Part shown: piece after piece, positions 54,569 through 62,621 of the stretch
Position numbering within the stretch: the first letter of the stretch is position 1
Layout of the letters: every line of letters begins with the position of its first letter
Assembly: GCA_902802945.1 (NCBI GenBank)
Contig: CADCOC010000002.1
Location: 9,853 to 73,852 of the forward strand
Direction of reading: 5' to 3'
From: an uncultured bacterium
GTDB lineage: Bacteria > Verrucomicrobiota > Kiritimatiellia > RFP12 > UBA1067
Length of the DNA stretch: 64,000 nucleotides
Notes under the pieces: generated by a model
What the model was told of the DNA's origin: nothing
Databases searched by the model: none
Seen by the model: the letters and a program-made list of their open reading frames with translations, nothing else
Position numbers and translations under genes: made by a program

Positions 54569-56547
54569 TTTTTCTGGGGGGAGATGATTTTCGCCGGTAG
54601 GGAGATGATGTCCTTCGATCGGGAAATTATCTCGTCGGAGCTGGGGATGATGTTCTGCTCGTAGGACCATGAGGGGTCGTCGATCTTCCCTTTTATGCGG
54701 AAGCCGAATATCTTGCCGCCGGTCCAGCGGATTGGAGAAGTGGCAAGCTGCATGAGGAAGTTTTTGTTGTCCTTCAGCGTGATGTTGCCGGTGAGCGCAA
54801 GGTCGTCCTTGGGAATGTCGTATGTTCCGGTTGCGGCTATGGTCAGCACATCGCTTGACACAACGGCGTTGGTGGCGTAGAGAGTGCCGTTTGTGATCGT
54901 GAAGCCGAGGGAGGCATCTGAGAGGTTGACGAGCGACTTGACGCCGGGGACGTGCTTTGCGAAGAATTCGGTGGCGCCGTAGAAGAAGGGCATCTGCTCA
55001 AGGCGCTCGTCCGTGCAGGAGACAAGTCCGTTGCCGTTGAGCTGGCTGGTGAGGTTGGTCGAGAGGGGGCCGGAGAGGCTGACGTTTCCTTTCAACATCC
55101 CGTGCTTGTCGTCGCGCTTGAGCTTGAAGATGTCCGCCAAATTGGCGCGGGCGATGTCCTTGCCCGACACCTCCACGCGGAAAGACGCTTTCTCCTGCTG
55201 GAAATCGGGGATGGAAATCGTGGCGTTTCCGGCAATGTCGCCGCCTAGCTCTGCCGTTGCGCGCGCATCCGAGAATGAAACGTCTGTTCCGCGCATGGAG
55301 AAGTGGGCGGAGGCGTCGCGGATCGGCACGGTGAAGATGGAACCGCGGGCGAATCCGATGTCTCCGGAAAGGCTGTTCGCGTCGGCGTGCGCGGGATCGA
55401 CGGCGAGTCGGCCATGGAGCCGTATGGATGGGGGCGTGGCGGGAACGAGACAGTCGAGCGTGCCGTCGTTCATCACGTCGGCGACGGCGAGCGCGTTTGA
55501 GAGCGAAGTGTTGGACCTGATGTCGAGAAAATCCACATAGCCGACGTCGTTGGTGTTCTCGTAGATGATGGTCCCGGACATGCGGCTGCCGTCCGCAAGG
55601 TTGGCGACGAGGGGTCCGACGGTGATTCGGGCGTTCTGGTAAGTGTCGCGCACGAACACGCGGATGTCCACGGGACCGCGGGCGTTCTCAAGGGGGACGC
55701 GGTTGTAGAATCCTCCCTCCGGCGCGAGGTCGAGGTGGATGTGGAGGTCGTTGTTGCGAAGGTTCACGTCAAACGCGCACGAGGCGTCCACGGGCTTCTC
55801 CACGCGCGTGAAGCTGTCGATGAAAGCGTAGGAGTTGGTGATGTCGAGCGCCACGAGCATCGGGCGGATGTGGTGCTGGCGGGCGAGTCCGTGGACTTCA
55901 CCCTCTGCGCGCTGCGTCTCGAGGTTGAGCTCGAATACTCCGTCCAGCGACATCTGCGCGTCGGCGTCCGGCCAGTCAAGACGGATGCCGTCCACGCGGA
56001 TGCCTTCCGGCGAGACGGATACGGACGCCGCGGCGACCTTCCTGGGCGTCACGCCCAAGACTTCGGGGCGGACAAGCGTAAGCTTGAAGGGCTGGAGGGT
56101 GGGCAGGTCGAGTTCCAGCGGTTCGTTCTGCTCCTGGAAATCCGGGCGGCCTGGGAATTCAACGGAATCAGGGATGTAGTAGCTGTCTGGGAGGCGCGGA
56201 TACCTGAGGTCGGTGACGGTGACAGACCTGACCAGCGTGCTTTTCGACCACGGAATGCGGCGCAAGTTGAGCGCGATGTCCACGCATGACGCCGAGATGA
56301 CTGGATGCGATGCGGGCTTCCTGCGGTCGAGGACGCGGAGGTTGTTGATCTTCAGGCCACGCGAGAAACGGAAGGAGGCGGAGTTTGCCCGCACGAGGTA
56401 GTCGGCGTTCGAGAGGGACTGGGTGATCTGGCGCAGCAGGGAATCGGGAACAGGCTGTTCAAAAATGAGAAGGGCGGCGATGGCGAGGATTAGAAGGCCG
56501 AGGAGACAGAAAAGCGTGTATTTTATGATCTTACCGAAAGTCCGCAT
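54565..56547 (-). CDS. AsmA-like / DUF748-like membrane-anchored protein
   Basis: N-terminal TM LFCLLGLLILAIAALLIF. The long beta-rich body is typical of AsmA/TamB-like proteins. The assignment is tentative. Confidence 0.45.
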   Translation of the reverse strand: MRTFGKIIKYTLFCLLGLLILAIAALLIFEQPVPDSLLRQITQSLSNADYLVRANSASFRFSRGLKINNLRVLDRRKPASHPVISASCVDIALNLRRIPWSKSTLVRSVTVTDLRYPRLPDSYYIPDSVEFPGRPDFQEQNEPLELDLPTLQPFKLTLVRPEVLGVTPRKVAAASVSVSPEGIRVDGIRLDWPDADAQMSLDGVFELNLETQRAEGEVHGLARQHHIRPMLVALDITNSYAFIDSFTRVEKPVDASCAFDVNLRNNDLHIHLDLAPEGGFYNRVPLENARGPVDIRVFVRDTYQNARITVGPLVANLADGSRMSGTIIYENTNDVGYVDFLDIRSNTSLSNALAVADVMNDGTLDCLVPATPPSIRLHGRLAVDPAHADANSLSGDIGFARGSIFTVPIRDASAHFSMRGTDVSFSDARATAELGGDIAGNATISIPDFQQEKASFRVEVSGKDIARANLADIFKLKRDDKHGMLKGNVSLSGPLSTNLTSQLNGNGLVSCTDERLEQMPFFYGATEFFAKHVPGVKSLVNLSDASLGFTITNGTLYATNAVVSSDVLTIAATGTYDIPKDDLALTGNITLKDNKNFLMQLATSPIRWTGGKIFGFRIKGKIDDPSWSYEQNIIPSSDEIISRSKDIISLPAKIISPQKK

Positions 56548-56568
56548 GTTGATTCAATCCTCTTGGAT

Positions 56569-56643
56569 TGGCAGCCCCTAGGAGAGTCGAACTCCTCTTC
56601 TCAGGATGAGAACCTGATGTCCTAGCCGATAGACGAAGGGGCC
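56569..56643 (-). tRNA. tRNA-Glu (anticodon CTC)
   Basis: GGCCCCTTCGTCTATCGGCTAGGACATCAGGTTCTCATCCTGAGAAGAGGAGTTCGACTCTCCTAGGGGCTGCCA is a cloverleaf with anticodon loop TTCTCAT and an encoded CCA. It closely resembles E. coli tRNA-Glu. There is a G1-U72 wobble. Confidence 0.85.
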
Positions 56644-56647
56644 AGCC

Positions 56648-56732
56648 TGGTGCACCCGGTGGGATTTGAACCCACACACCTTGCGGCACTAGAACCTGAA
56701 TCTAGCGTGTATGCCAATTTCACCACGGGTGC
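56648..56732 (-). tRNA. tRNA-Leu (anticodon CAG)
   Basis: GCACCCGTGGTGAAATTGGCATACACGCTAGATTCAGGTTCTAG...GGGTTCAAATCCCACCGGGTGCACCA has a long variable arm and an encoded CCA. Confidence 0.85.
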
Positions 56733-56744
56733 GTGACGGGGGTA

Positions 56745-56753
56745 TAGTATGCC
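56745..56753 (-). promoter_or_regulatory. Extended -10 (TGGCATACT on the minus strand) about 12 nt upstream of tRNA-Leu(CAG)
   Basis: The reverse complement of 'agtatgcca'. Confidence 0.35.
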
Positions 56754-57028
56754 AAAATCCTTCGCGCCCGTCAAGGGGGCAAATTTGAAAATCGTAATCG
56801 CGCCGAAACTTGCCGAAACTGGCTGAAACCGGTGCGTTCAGTTCCCGGCGTCTATGGGATATTGGGTACAGACCTTCGGCGGCGGCCCGAATGATACCCG
56901 CCACCCCGAATGCGTGTGAGTCCAAACGCGAAGTAGGTTAGCGGACTTTTTGGGTCTTGGCGGGAGGGCTTGGTTTTGGTATCATAAACAGCACCCAATA
57001 CAAGGTAATTTTGAACAGAAAGGATAAT

Positions 57029-58318
57029 ATGAAGATTTCCAGAAGGGCGTTTCTTGGCGGGGCGGGTGGTGCGATTGCGCTGCCGTGGCTCGTGCCCGCG
57101 TCGGCGCTCGGGCGCGATGGCGCTGTTGCGCCGTCCAACCGCATCACCGTGGCAGGCATCGGCCTGGGCGGACGCGGACAGTCCGTCCTGCGCAGCTGGG
57201 TGTTGCCGGGAAAAGACGTGCAGTTCATCGCCATCTGCGACGTGTGGAAGCCGCGCCGCGAAGCCGTGAAGAATATCGTCGATACGTATTACGGCAACCA
57301 CGACTGCAAAACTTACATTGACATGCGCGAGCTGCTGGCGCGTCCCGATATCGATGTGATCCACACCGCGACAGGCGACCGCTGGCACGCGGGCGTTTCC
57401 ATCGCCGCGATGAAGGCGGGCAAGGACGTCTACACCGAGAAGCCCGCTTCCATGACCATCCGCGAAGGGCAGGCCGTGGTGGCGACCGCCGCCAAGTACG
57501 GCCGTGTCTACCAGGCCGGAATGCAGCGCCTGAGCGAACCTAACTTCGTCGTGTGCAACGAGCTCATGCGTCTCGGACGCCTCGGCAAGGTGCATACCGT
57601 GTACGCCCATCTGGCGCCATGGTCAGGCGCTCTCCACCGCGACTGGCTGCCGGCCGAGCCGCTGCCGCCGCGCGACGTCATCGACTGGGATGCGTGGCTC
57701 GGACCGTGTCCGTGGCGCCCCTACAACCACAAGTACCTGCCGAGCGGCTGGCATCGCGACCACGACCTCTACACCGGTCGGATCGGCGAATGGGGTTCGC
57801 ACACCTTCGCGCAGTGCCATGACGCCGTCGGCGCGGAATCGACGTCGCCGGTTTACTATCAGTACGTGAACGGACCCGTGCCGGACGGGCAGCGGATGCG
57901 CTTCGCGAACGGCATCGAGATGGTGTCGGTGCGCAAGGGTTGGCACGGGTCGTGCGGCGTGAGGTACGTGGGCACGGAGGGATGGGTGTCGTGCGCGGAC
58001 GGCTATTCGCGTCCGGAGGCGTCGCGTCCGTCGCTCCTCGCCGACTACGACAAGATCCTCGCCGACTACTGCGTGCGCACGGGCTACACCGGACAGAACC
58101 ACATGCGCCAGTTCTTCAATTCAGTGAGGTCACGCACGAAGACCGTTGCCAATCCCGTGATGATGCACCGCTCCATGACGACGGTCCACTGCGCCAACAT
58201 CGCGCAGTGGCTCGGCCGCGACATGAAGTGGGATCCCGTGAAGGAGCGCTTCATCGGCGACGACGAGGCGAATCGCATGCTCTCCCGCACCCAGCGCGCG
58301 GGTTGGGAGATCGTTTAG
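57029..58318 (+). CDS. Gfo/Idh/MocA-family oxidoreductase with a TAT signal
   Basis: MKISRRAFLGGAGGAIALPWLVPASA is a twin-arginine signal. A Rossmann region ITVAGIGLGGRG follows. Confidence 0.8.
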   Translation: MKISRRAFLGGAGGAIALPWLVPASALGRDGAVAPSNRITVAGIGLGGRGQSVLRSWVLPGKDVQFIAICDVWKPRREAVKNIVDTYYGNHDCKTYIDMRELLARPDIDVIHTATGDRWHAGVSIAAMKAGKDVYTEKPASMTIREGQAVVATAAKYGRVYQAGMQRLSEPNFVVCNELMRLGRLGKVHTVYAHLAPWSGALHRDWLPAEPLPPRDVIDWDAWLGPCPWRPYNHKYLPSGWHRDHDLYTGRIGEWGSHTFAQCHDAVGAESTSPVYYQYVNGPVPDGQRMRFANGIEMVSVRKGWHGSCGVRYVGTEGWVSCADGYSRPEASRPSLLADYDKILADYCVRTGYTGQNHMRQFFNSVRSRTKTVANPVMMHRSMTTVHCANIAQWLGRDMKWDPVKERFIGDDEANRMLSRTQRAGWEIV

Positions 58319-58411
58319 TGATTTGTGGCTAGTGGTTAGTGGTTCGAGATTAAAAAGATCCTTTGTCTTTTGTCTTCTGTCCTCTGTCCTCCAAAAATAA
58401 AAAGGTTAAAA

Positions 58412-58522
58412 ATGAAGAAAGCTTTTTTGATAAGTCTTTGTGTCGCTCTTGTCCTGGTCGCGTCGGCGGCGGAGTTGAAGGAGCCTGTGTTCCGTATGAC
58501 CGAGCCGGAGGAAGAAAACTAA
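58412..58522 (+). pseudogene. 36-codon ORF duplicating the 5' end of the downstream gene: an alternative signal peptide plus the shared mature N-terminus SAAELKEPVFRMTEPE, then a stop
   Basis: MKKAFLISLCVALVLVASAAELKEPVFRMTEPEEEN*. The 49-nt segment 58462-58510 repeats at 58647-58695 with 2 mismatches. Confidence 0.5.
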
Positions 58523-58596
58523 CGAAGCGTACTTGATTCTTTGCGATCTTTGCGTTCTTTGCGGCAAAAAGTTAAACGACAAGAGAGTAGGTAAAA

Positions 58597-60426
58597 ATGA
58601 AAGTAGTAATTCTTACAATGGCTTGTGGAATGTTCATGTTAATGACGTCGGCGGCGGAGCTGAAGGAGCCTGTGTTCCGCATGACCGAGCCGGAGCTGCT
58701 GGCCGTGCTGAAGGAAAACGGCCTCAACGACAAGGTGACGGCCTGTCAGGAACTCAGCCATGTCGGCTCGTCCGCCGCCGTGCCTGCGCTCGCGGCGTTT
58801 CTGACGGATGCCACCGAACCGGCCCTGTTCCTCGCCGCCCGCTATGCGCTTGAGAACATCCCCGGCGTCGAGGCCGAAACTGCGTTGAAGCGTGCGCGTG
58901 CCGTCGTCACGGACGCCAAACGCCGCGGCGGGATTGAAAAGTCGCTTCGCGCGCGCACCAACCCAATCCCGGACGGCTACGCCGGCGCGAGCGAGAAGTT
59001 GACCGCGTTTCCGCCGAAGAACGCCGTCCAGAAGGGCGACCTCGCCGCCGTGCCGGCGCTCGTGGAGACGGCGCTCGGTACGGGTCCCGCGGCCACGCTC
59101 GCACGCCGCCATCTGGTCGGCTTCCCGAACGACGGTATTGTGGACGTGCTGCTGGGTTTGTTGGAAGGCGCAGATGTGAAGAAGGCCCGGCTCGCGCTGG
59201 ACGTCCTGGGTACCCGCCGCGTGCGCGTGGAGATGTCAAGGTTGTTTGCGTTCGCGCGCACGACGAAACAAGAGGGACTTCGCATGGAGGCGTTCAAGGC
59301 ATTTGCCACGCTGTGCGATCCGGAAGACCTGCCGCAGCTGCTGGCCCTGCTGAAGGAGTTCCCGAAGGCGGACCGTCTGTCTGGAAGCATCATCCGCGTC
59401 GTCGCGCGCGCGTTTGAGATGGACACGACGCCGATAACGGTCATTAAGGCCGAATACGGATTCTTCGGGACTCCGCGTCAGGTTGCAGACATCATTGGGG
59501 GGGTACGTGCGCTTGTCGGGGGTGGCTCGCGTACCATCATGGCGAGCAACCATCTGGCGGGACAAGGCGGTTTCCCGTTCGATCCCGCGCCGGGCAAGCA
59601 CAAGGAGCTCCATCTCACATACCGTCTCGGCGACGGACCTGAACTCTCGGCCATCGTGCAGGAGTGCGGCCAAATCAAGTTTACGGACTGCCGTCTTCCC
59701 GAATCGCTGGCGAAGCAGCTCGTCTCAGCCGCACAAGCGGCGACGGGCGACGAGCGGGCCGCGCTCGTGAACATCCTCGACACGCTCGACCGGCGCGGCA
59801 TCGTGCCCGGGGCGGACACGGTGCTGTTCCGTCCGATCTTCAACGGCAAGGACCTCACGGGCTGGAGCCAGCAGGACGGCTATTTCTCCGTCAAGGACGG
59901 CGTGATCACCGGCGAATCCACGCCAGATCACCTGTGCAAGCCCAACCACCACCTCGTCTATACCGCCGAAGAGCTGACCGACTTCGAGCTCCGCGCGGAG
60001 TTCCGTCTTTCAAAGGGCGCCAACAGCGGCATCCAGCTGCGCTGCAAGCCGCAGTTCATCGGCGACAACTGCTACCAGGCGGACATGAACGGCGGCGGCA
60101 ACTTCGTGGGGTTCCTCTACCATCCCAAGCAGCACCTCATTGGCGCGCGCGGGTCGGACGTGGTGATCGACGCGGCGGGCAAGAAGACCGTCACGCGCTT
60201 CGCAGACGGCAAGGCGCTCCAGGACCTCTACCGCGTGGAGCAGTGGAACGACATGCGCGTGAAGGTGGAAGGGCGTGCGATTACGGTGTGGGTCAACGGC
60301 GTGCGCATGACCTCGGTGGAGGATCAGCGTGAGGCGTTCTTCCCGGCGAAGGGACACATCGCGCTCCAGCTCCACCAAGGTCCGCCGATGAAAGTAGAGT
60401 TCCGCAATATCCGCCTTCGACGCTAG
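58597..60426 (+). CDS. Secreted HEAT-repeat + DUF1080 (3-keto-disaccharide hydrolase / LamG-like jelly-roll) protein
   Basis: Signal MKVVILTMACGMFMLMTSAA. The C-terminal FNGKDLTGWSQ...WNDMRVKVEGRAITVWVNGV...GHIALQLHQGPPMKVEFRNIRL is DUF1080. It typically partners Gfo/Idh/MocA genes. Confidence 0.7.
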   Translation: MKVVILTMACGMFMLMTSAAELKEPVFRMTEPELLAVLKENGLNDKVTACQELSHVGSSAAVPALAAFLTDATEPALFLAARYALENIPGVEAETALKRARAVVTDAKRRGGIEKSLRARTNPIPDGYAGASEKLTAFPPKNAVQKGDLAAVPALVETALGTGPAATLARRHLVGFPNDGIVDVLLGLLEGADVKKARLALDVLGTRRVRVEMSRLFAFARTTKQEGLRMEAFKAFATLCDPEDLPQLLALLKEFPKADRLSGSIIRVVARAFEMDTTPITVIKAEYGFFGTPRQVADIIGGVRALVGGGSRTIMASNHLAGQGGFPFDPAPGKHKELHLTYRLGDGPELSAIVQECGQIKFTDCRLPESLAKQLVSAAQAATGDERAALVNILDTLDRRGIVPGADTVLFRPIFNGKDLTGWSQQDGYFSVKDGVITGESTPDHLCKPNHHLVYTAEELTDFELRAEFRLSKGANSGIQLRCKPQFIGDNCYQADMNGGGNFVGFLYHPKQHLIGARGSDVVIDAAGKKTVTRFADGKALQDLYRVEQWNDMRVKVEGRAITVWVNGVRMTSVEDQREAFFPAKGHIALQLHQGPPMKVEFRNIRLRR

Positions 60427-60442
60427 GCGTATGAGGTAAAAA

Positions 60443-61141
60443 ATGAAACTAGAGCGTATTACAAAATGGCTTGACGATGTCTTGGACGTGAAATCGTTCT
60501 CGGACGTCTCCAACAATGGCGTGCAGATCGCGCGCACGGGGGACGACGTAAAGAAGGTCGCTTTCGGCGTCGATGCGTCCGTCGCCTTCATAGAGGCGGC
60601 GGCCGAGGCGGGCGCGCAGCTCGCCGTGGTACACCACGGCATCTCGTGGGGCGGCGGCATCGCGCGGATCGTTGACGGCGTGTACAACGTGGTCGCGGCG
60701 GCCATGCGGCACAATGTGGCGCTCTACGGCGTACACCTGCCGCTTGATGCGAGCCACGCCTACGGCAACAACTACGAGCTTGCGCGCTATCTGGGACTCA
60801 AGAACATCAAACCTGCCTTCGTGTACCATGGCGAGACTATAGGCTGCACGGGTACGTTGCCGAGCGGGAAGAAGGTCGGTGTCTGCTCCGGCGGCGCGGG
60901 CGAGTTCGCCACGGACGCGAAGAACCTCGGCTGCGACCTCTACATCACGGGCGAGGCGTCGTGGGGCGAGGTTATCATGGCGGAGAACGCGGGCATGCAG
61001 ATGATATGCGCCGGACACTACGCCACGGAGACTTTCGGCGTGAAGGCTCTCGCGAAGGCGATGAAAAAGTCTCTCCGAGTTGATACTGTGTTCATTCCAC
61101 GTCCAGACATCCCCAACCTGCAACCTCCGAGGCTCCCATGA
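60443..61141 (+). CDS. Nif3-like dinuclear metal centre protein (YqfO/YbgI family)
   Basis: The N-terminal ...FSDVSNNGVQIA... and C-terminal ...DLYITGEASWGEV...ICAGHYATE motifs are present. Confidence 0.75.
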   Translation: MKLERITKWLDDVLDVKSFSDVSNNGVQIARTGDDVKKVAFGVDASVAFIEAAAEAGAQLAVVHHGISWGGGIARIVDGVYNVVAAAMRHNVALYGVHLPLDASHAYGNNYELARYLGLKNIKPAFVYHGETIGCTGTLPSGKKVGVCSGGAGEFATDAKNLGCDLYITGEASWGEVIMAENAGMQMICAGHYATETFGVKALAKAMKKSLRVDTVFIPRPDIPNLQPPRLP

Positions 61142-61605
61142 AAATCTCTCTCAACAAAGAATACGCCATCCGTCATCTTGGTGTGGCAGCACTCTTTTTC
61201 GGCCTGTCGCTCTACTTCCTGTATGACGCGATCTTCGTATATCCGTACCTGCCTGCGGACGGAGCGCACCACACGACGGTGGAGTTCCAGTACTCGTCGG
61301 CTGCACTGCTGGCGTTGATGTCGTTCGTGGTCGCATTCCGTGTGTTCCTTAACTGGCGTGCGACGCTTTCGTGGGACGAAGAGCAGATGACGGGCACGCT
61401 CACATGTGGCGTGCCGCTCAAGTTTGACGCCATAGACCACTTGGACGTAGGAAAATGGGAACCGAAGCAGATTCTCGTCGTGTGCGCGAAGGACGGCCGT
61501 CGCGTGACACTGGACGCCTGGCATCACGCAGGTGCGCGCGAACTGGCGGAGCGGCTTCTTTCCCATGAACCGCCGTATGCGGTTACACCCGACGGAAAAA
61601 TGTGA
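61138..61605 (+). CDS. Hypothetical small membrane protein
   Basis: ATGA overlap with the Nif3 gene. Two hydrophobic helices (VAALFFGLSLYFLY and LLALMSFVVAFRVFL). Confidence 0.4.
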   Translation: MKISLNKEYAIRHLGVAALFFGLSLYFLYDAIFVYPYLPADGAHHTTVEFQYSSAALLALMSFVVAFRVFLNWRATLSWDEEQMTGTLTCGVPLKFDAIDHLDVGKWEPKQILVVCAKDGRRVTLDAWHHAGARELAERLLSHEPPYAVTPDGKM

Positions 61606-61611
61606 TATACT
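61603..61611 (+). promoter_or_regulatory. Extended -10 TGATATACT about 12 nt upstream of tRNA-Leu(TAG)
   Basis: Read directly. Confidence 0.35.
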
Positions 61612-61623
61612 ATATTCCTCTCC

Positions 61624-61707
61624 GGGCGCGTGGTGAAATGGCAGACACGCTGGATTTAGGTTCCAGTTCCGCAAGGAGTGGGGGTTCAAGTCCCCCCGCG
61701 CCCACCA
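61624..61707 (+). tRNA. tRNA-Leu (anticodon TAG)
   Basis: GGGCGCGTGGTGAAATGGCAGACACGCTGGATTTAGGTTCCAG...GGGGGTTCAAGTCCCCCCGCGCCCACCA has a long variable arm. Confidence 0.85.
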
Positions 61708-61729
61708 TCAAATTTCAATCGCCAGGTGC

Positions 61730-61758
61730 TTGACGGCGGGGCGGGGACTTGGTAAACT
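61730..61758 (+). promoter_or_regulatory. Sigma70 promoter TTGACG-N17-(TG)TAAACT upstream of tRNA-Ser
   Basis: Read directly. The extended -10 TGGTAAACT is identical to the one before the giant gene. Confidence 0.5.
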
Positions 61759-61774
61759 ATTCCCCGCTTTCCAC

Positions 61775-61864
61775 GGAGAGGTGGCAGAGCCTGGTTGAAT
61801 GCACATGACTCGAAATCATGCATACCGCAAGGTATCGGGGGTTCGAATCCCTCCCTCTCCGCCA
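61775..61864 (+). tRNA. tRNA-Ser (anticodon CGA)
   Basis: GGAGAGGTGGCAGAGCCTGGTTGAATGCACATGACTCGAAATCATG...GGGGGTTCGAATCCCTCCCTCTCCGCCA has a long variable arm. Confidence 0.8.
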
Positions 61865-61866
61865 AG

Positions 61867-61940
61867 GCGGGCGTAATTCAATGGCAGAATAGGAGCTTCC
61901 CAAGCTTCTTACGTGGGTTCGATTCCCATCGCCCGCTCCA
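61867..61940 (+). tRNA. tRNA-Gly (anticodon CCC), followed by a T7 run
   Basis: GCGGGCGTAATTCAATGGCAGAATAGGAGCTTCCCAAGCTTCTTACGTGGGTTCGATTCCCATCGCCCGCTCCA. Confidence 0.85.
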
Positions 61941-61961
61941 TTTTTTTGTCTGGAGAGAGTC

Positions 61962-62621
61962 ATGGCCGTTCAGATTCTTCCATCACTGCTCGCCGCCGAC
62001 TACGGCGCGCTGGCCGCAGATATCACGCGCGCCTTCCGTTCGGGCGCGGATGCGCTCCACCTTGACATCATGGACGCGCACTTCGTACCCAACCTCTCGT
62101 TCGGTCCGGACATCGTGAAACTCTGTCGCCGCGTTGAGCCTGAGTTCTACCGCCACGTACACCTGATGATGACACGTCCCGACCTCTACCTCGAGGTCTT
62201 CGCCAATGCCGGCGCGCAGACGATTCAGATCCACGTGGAGGCGGACTGCGACCTCCACGCCGAACTCCCGCGCATTCGCGCGCTCGGCGTGCGTCCGGCC
62301 ATCGTGCTCAATCCCGAGACGCCCGTGGAGGCCGTCTACCCCTATCTCGCCCTCTGCGACGAGGTGCTCGTGATGACCGTCCATCCCGGCTACGGCGGAC
62401 AGTCCTTCATCGCGGACTGTCTTCCGAAGGTCGCCGCGCTTCGCGCGCGCGCACCGCACCTCGACATCATGGTGGATGGCGGCGTGAACGCCCAGACGGC
62501 CCTCGATGCGGTGCGCACCGGTGCAAACCAGCTGGTGGCCGGAAGCTTTCTCTTCAAGCAGGCGGACATGGCGTCCGCCGTTTCCGCCCTCCGCGCCGCC
62601 TGTGACGCCGCCGCATGCTGA
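61962..62621 (+). CDS. rpe: Ribulose-phosphate 3-epimerase
   Basis: ILPSLLAADYGALAADI...HLDIMDAHFVPNLSFG...MTVHPGYGGQSF...DGGVN are the RPE signature blocks. Confidence 0.9.
   Translation: MAVQILPSLLAADYGALAADITRAFRSGADALHLDIMDAHFVPNLSFGPDIVKLCRRVEPEFYRHVHLMMTRPDLYLEVFANAGAQTIQIHVEADCDLHAELPRIRALGVRPAIVLNPETPVEAVYPYLALCDEVLVMTVHPGYGGQSFIADCLPKVAALRARAPHLDIMVDGGVNAQTALDAVRTGANQLVAGSFLFKQADMASAVSALRAACDAAAC

Noticed and set aside
56569-56643. A possible tRNA-Sec (anticodon TCA), from an initial mis-registration of the anticodon loop
   Set aside because: Correct folding gives a 5-bp anticodon stem with loop TTCTCAT, anticodon CTC, a short variable arm and overall similarity to tRNA-Glu. There is no long extra arm, and no 9/4 acceptor or T-stem as expected for tRNA-Sec.
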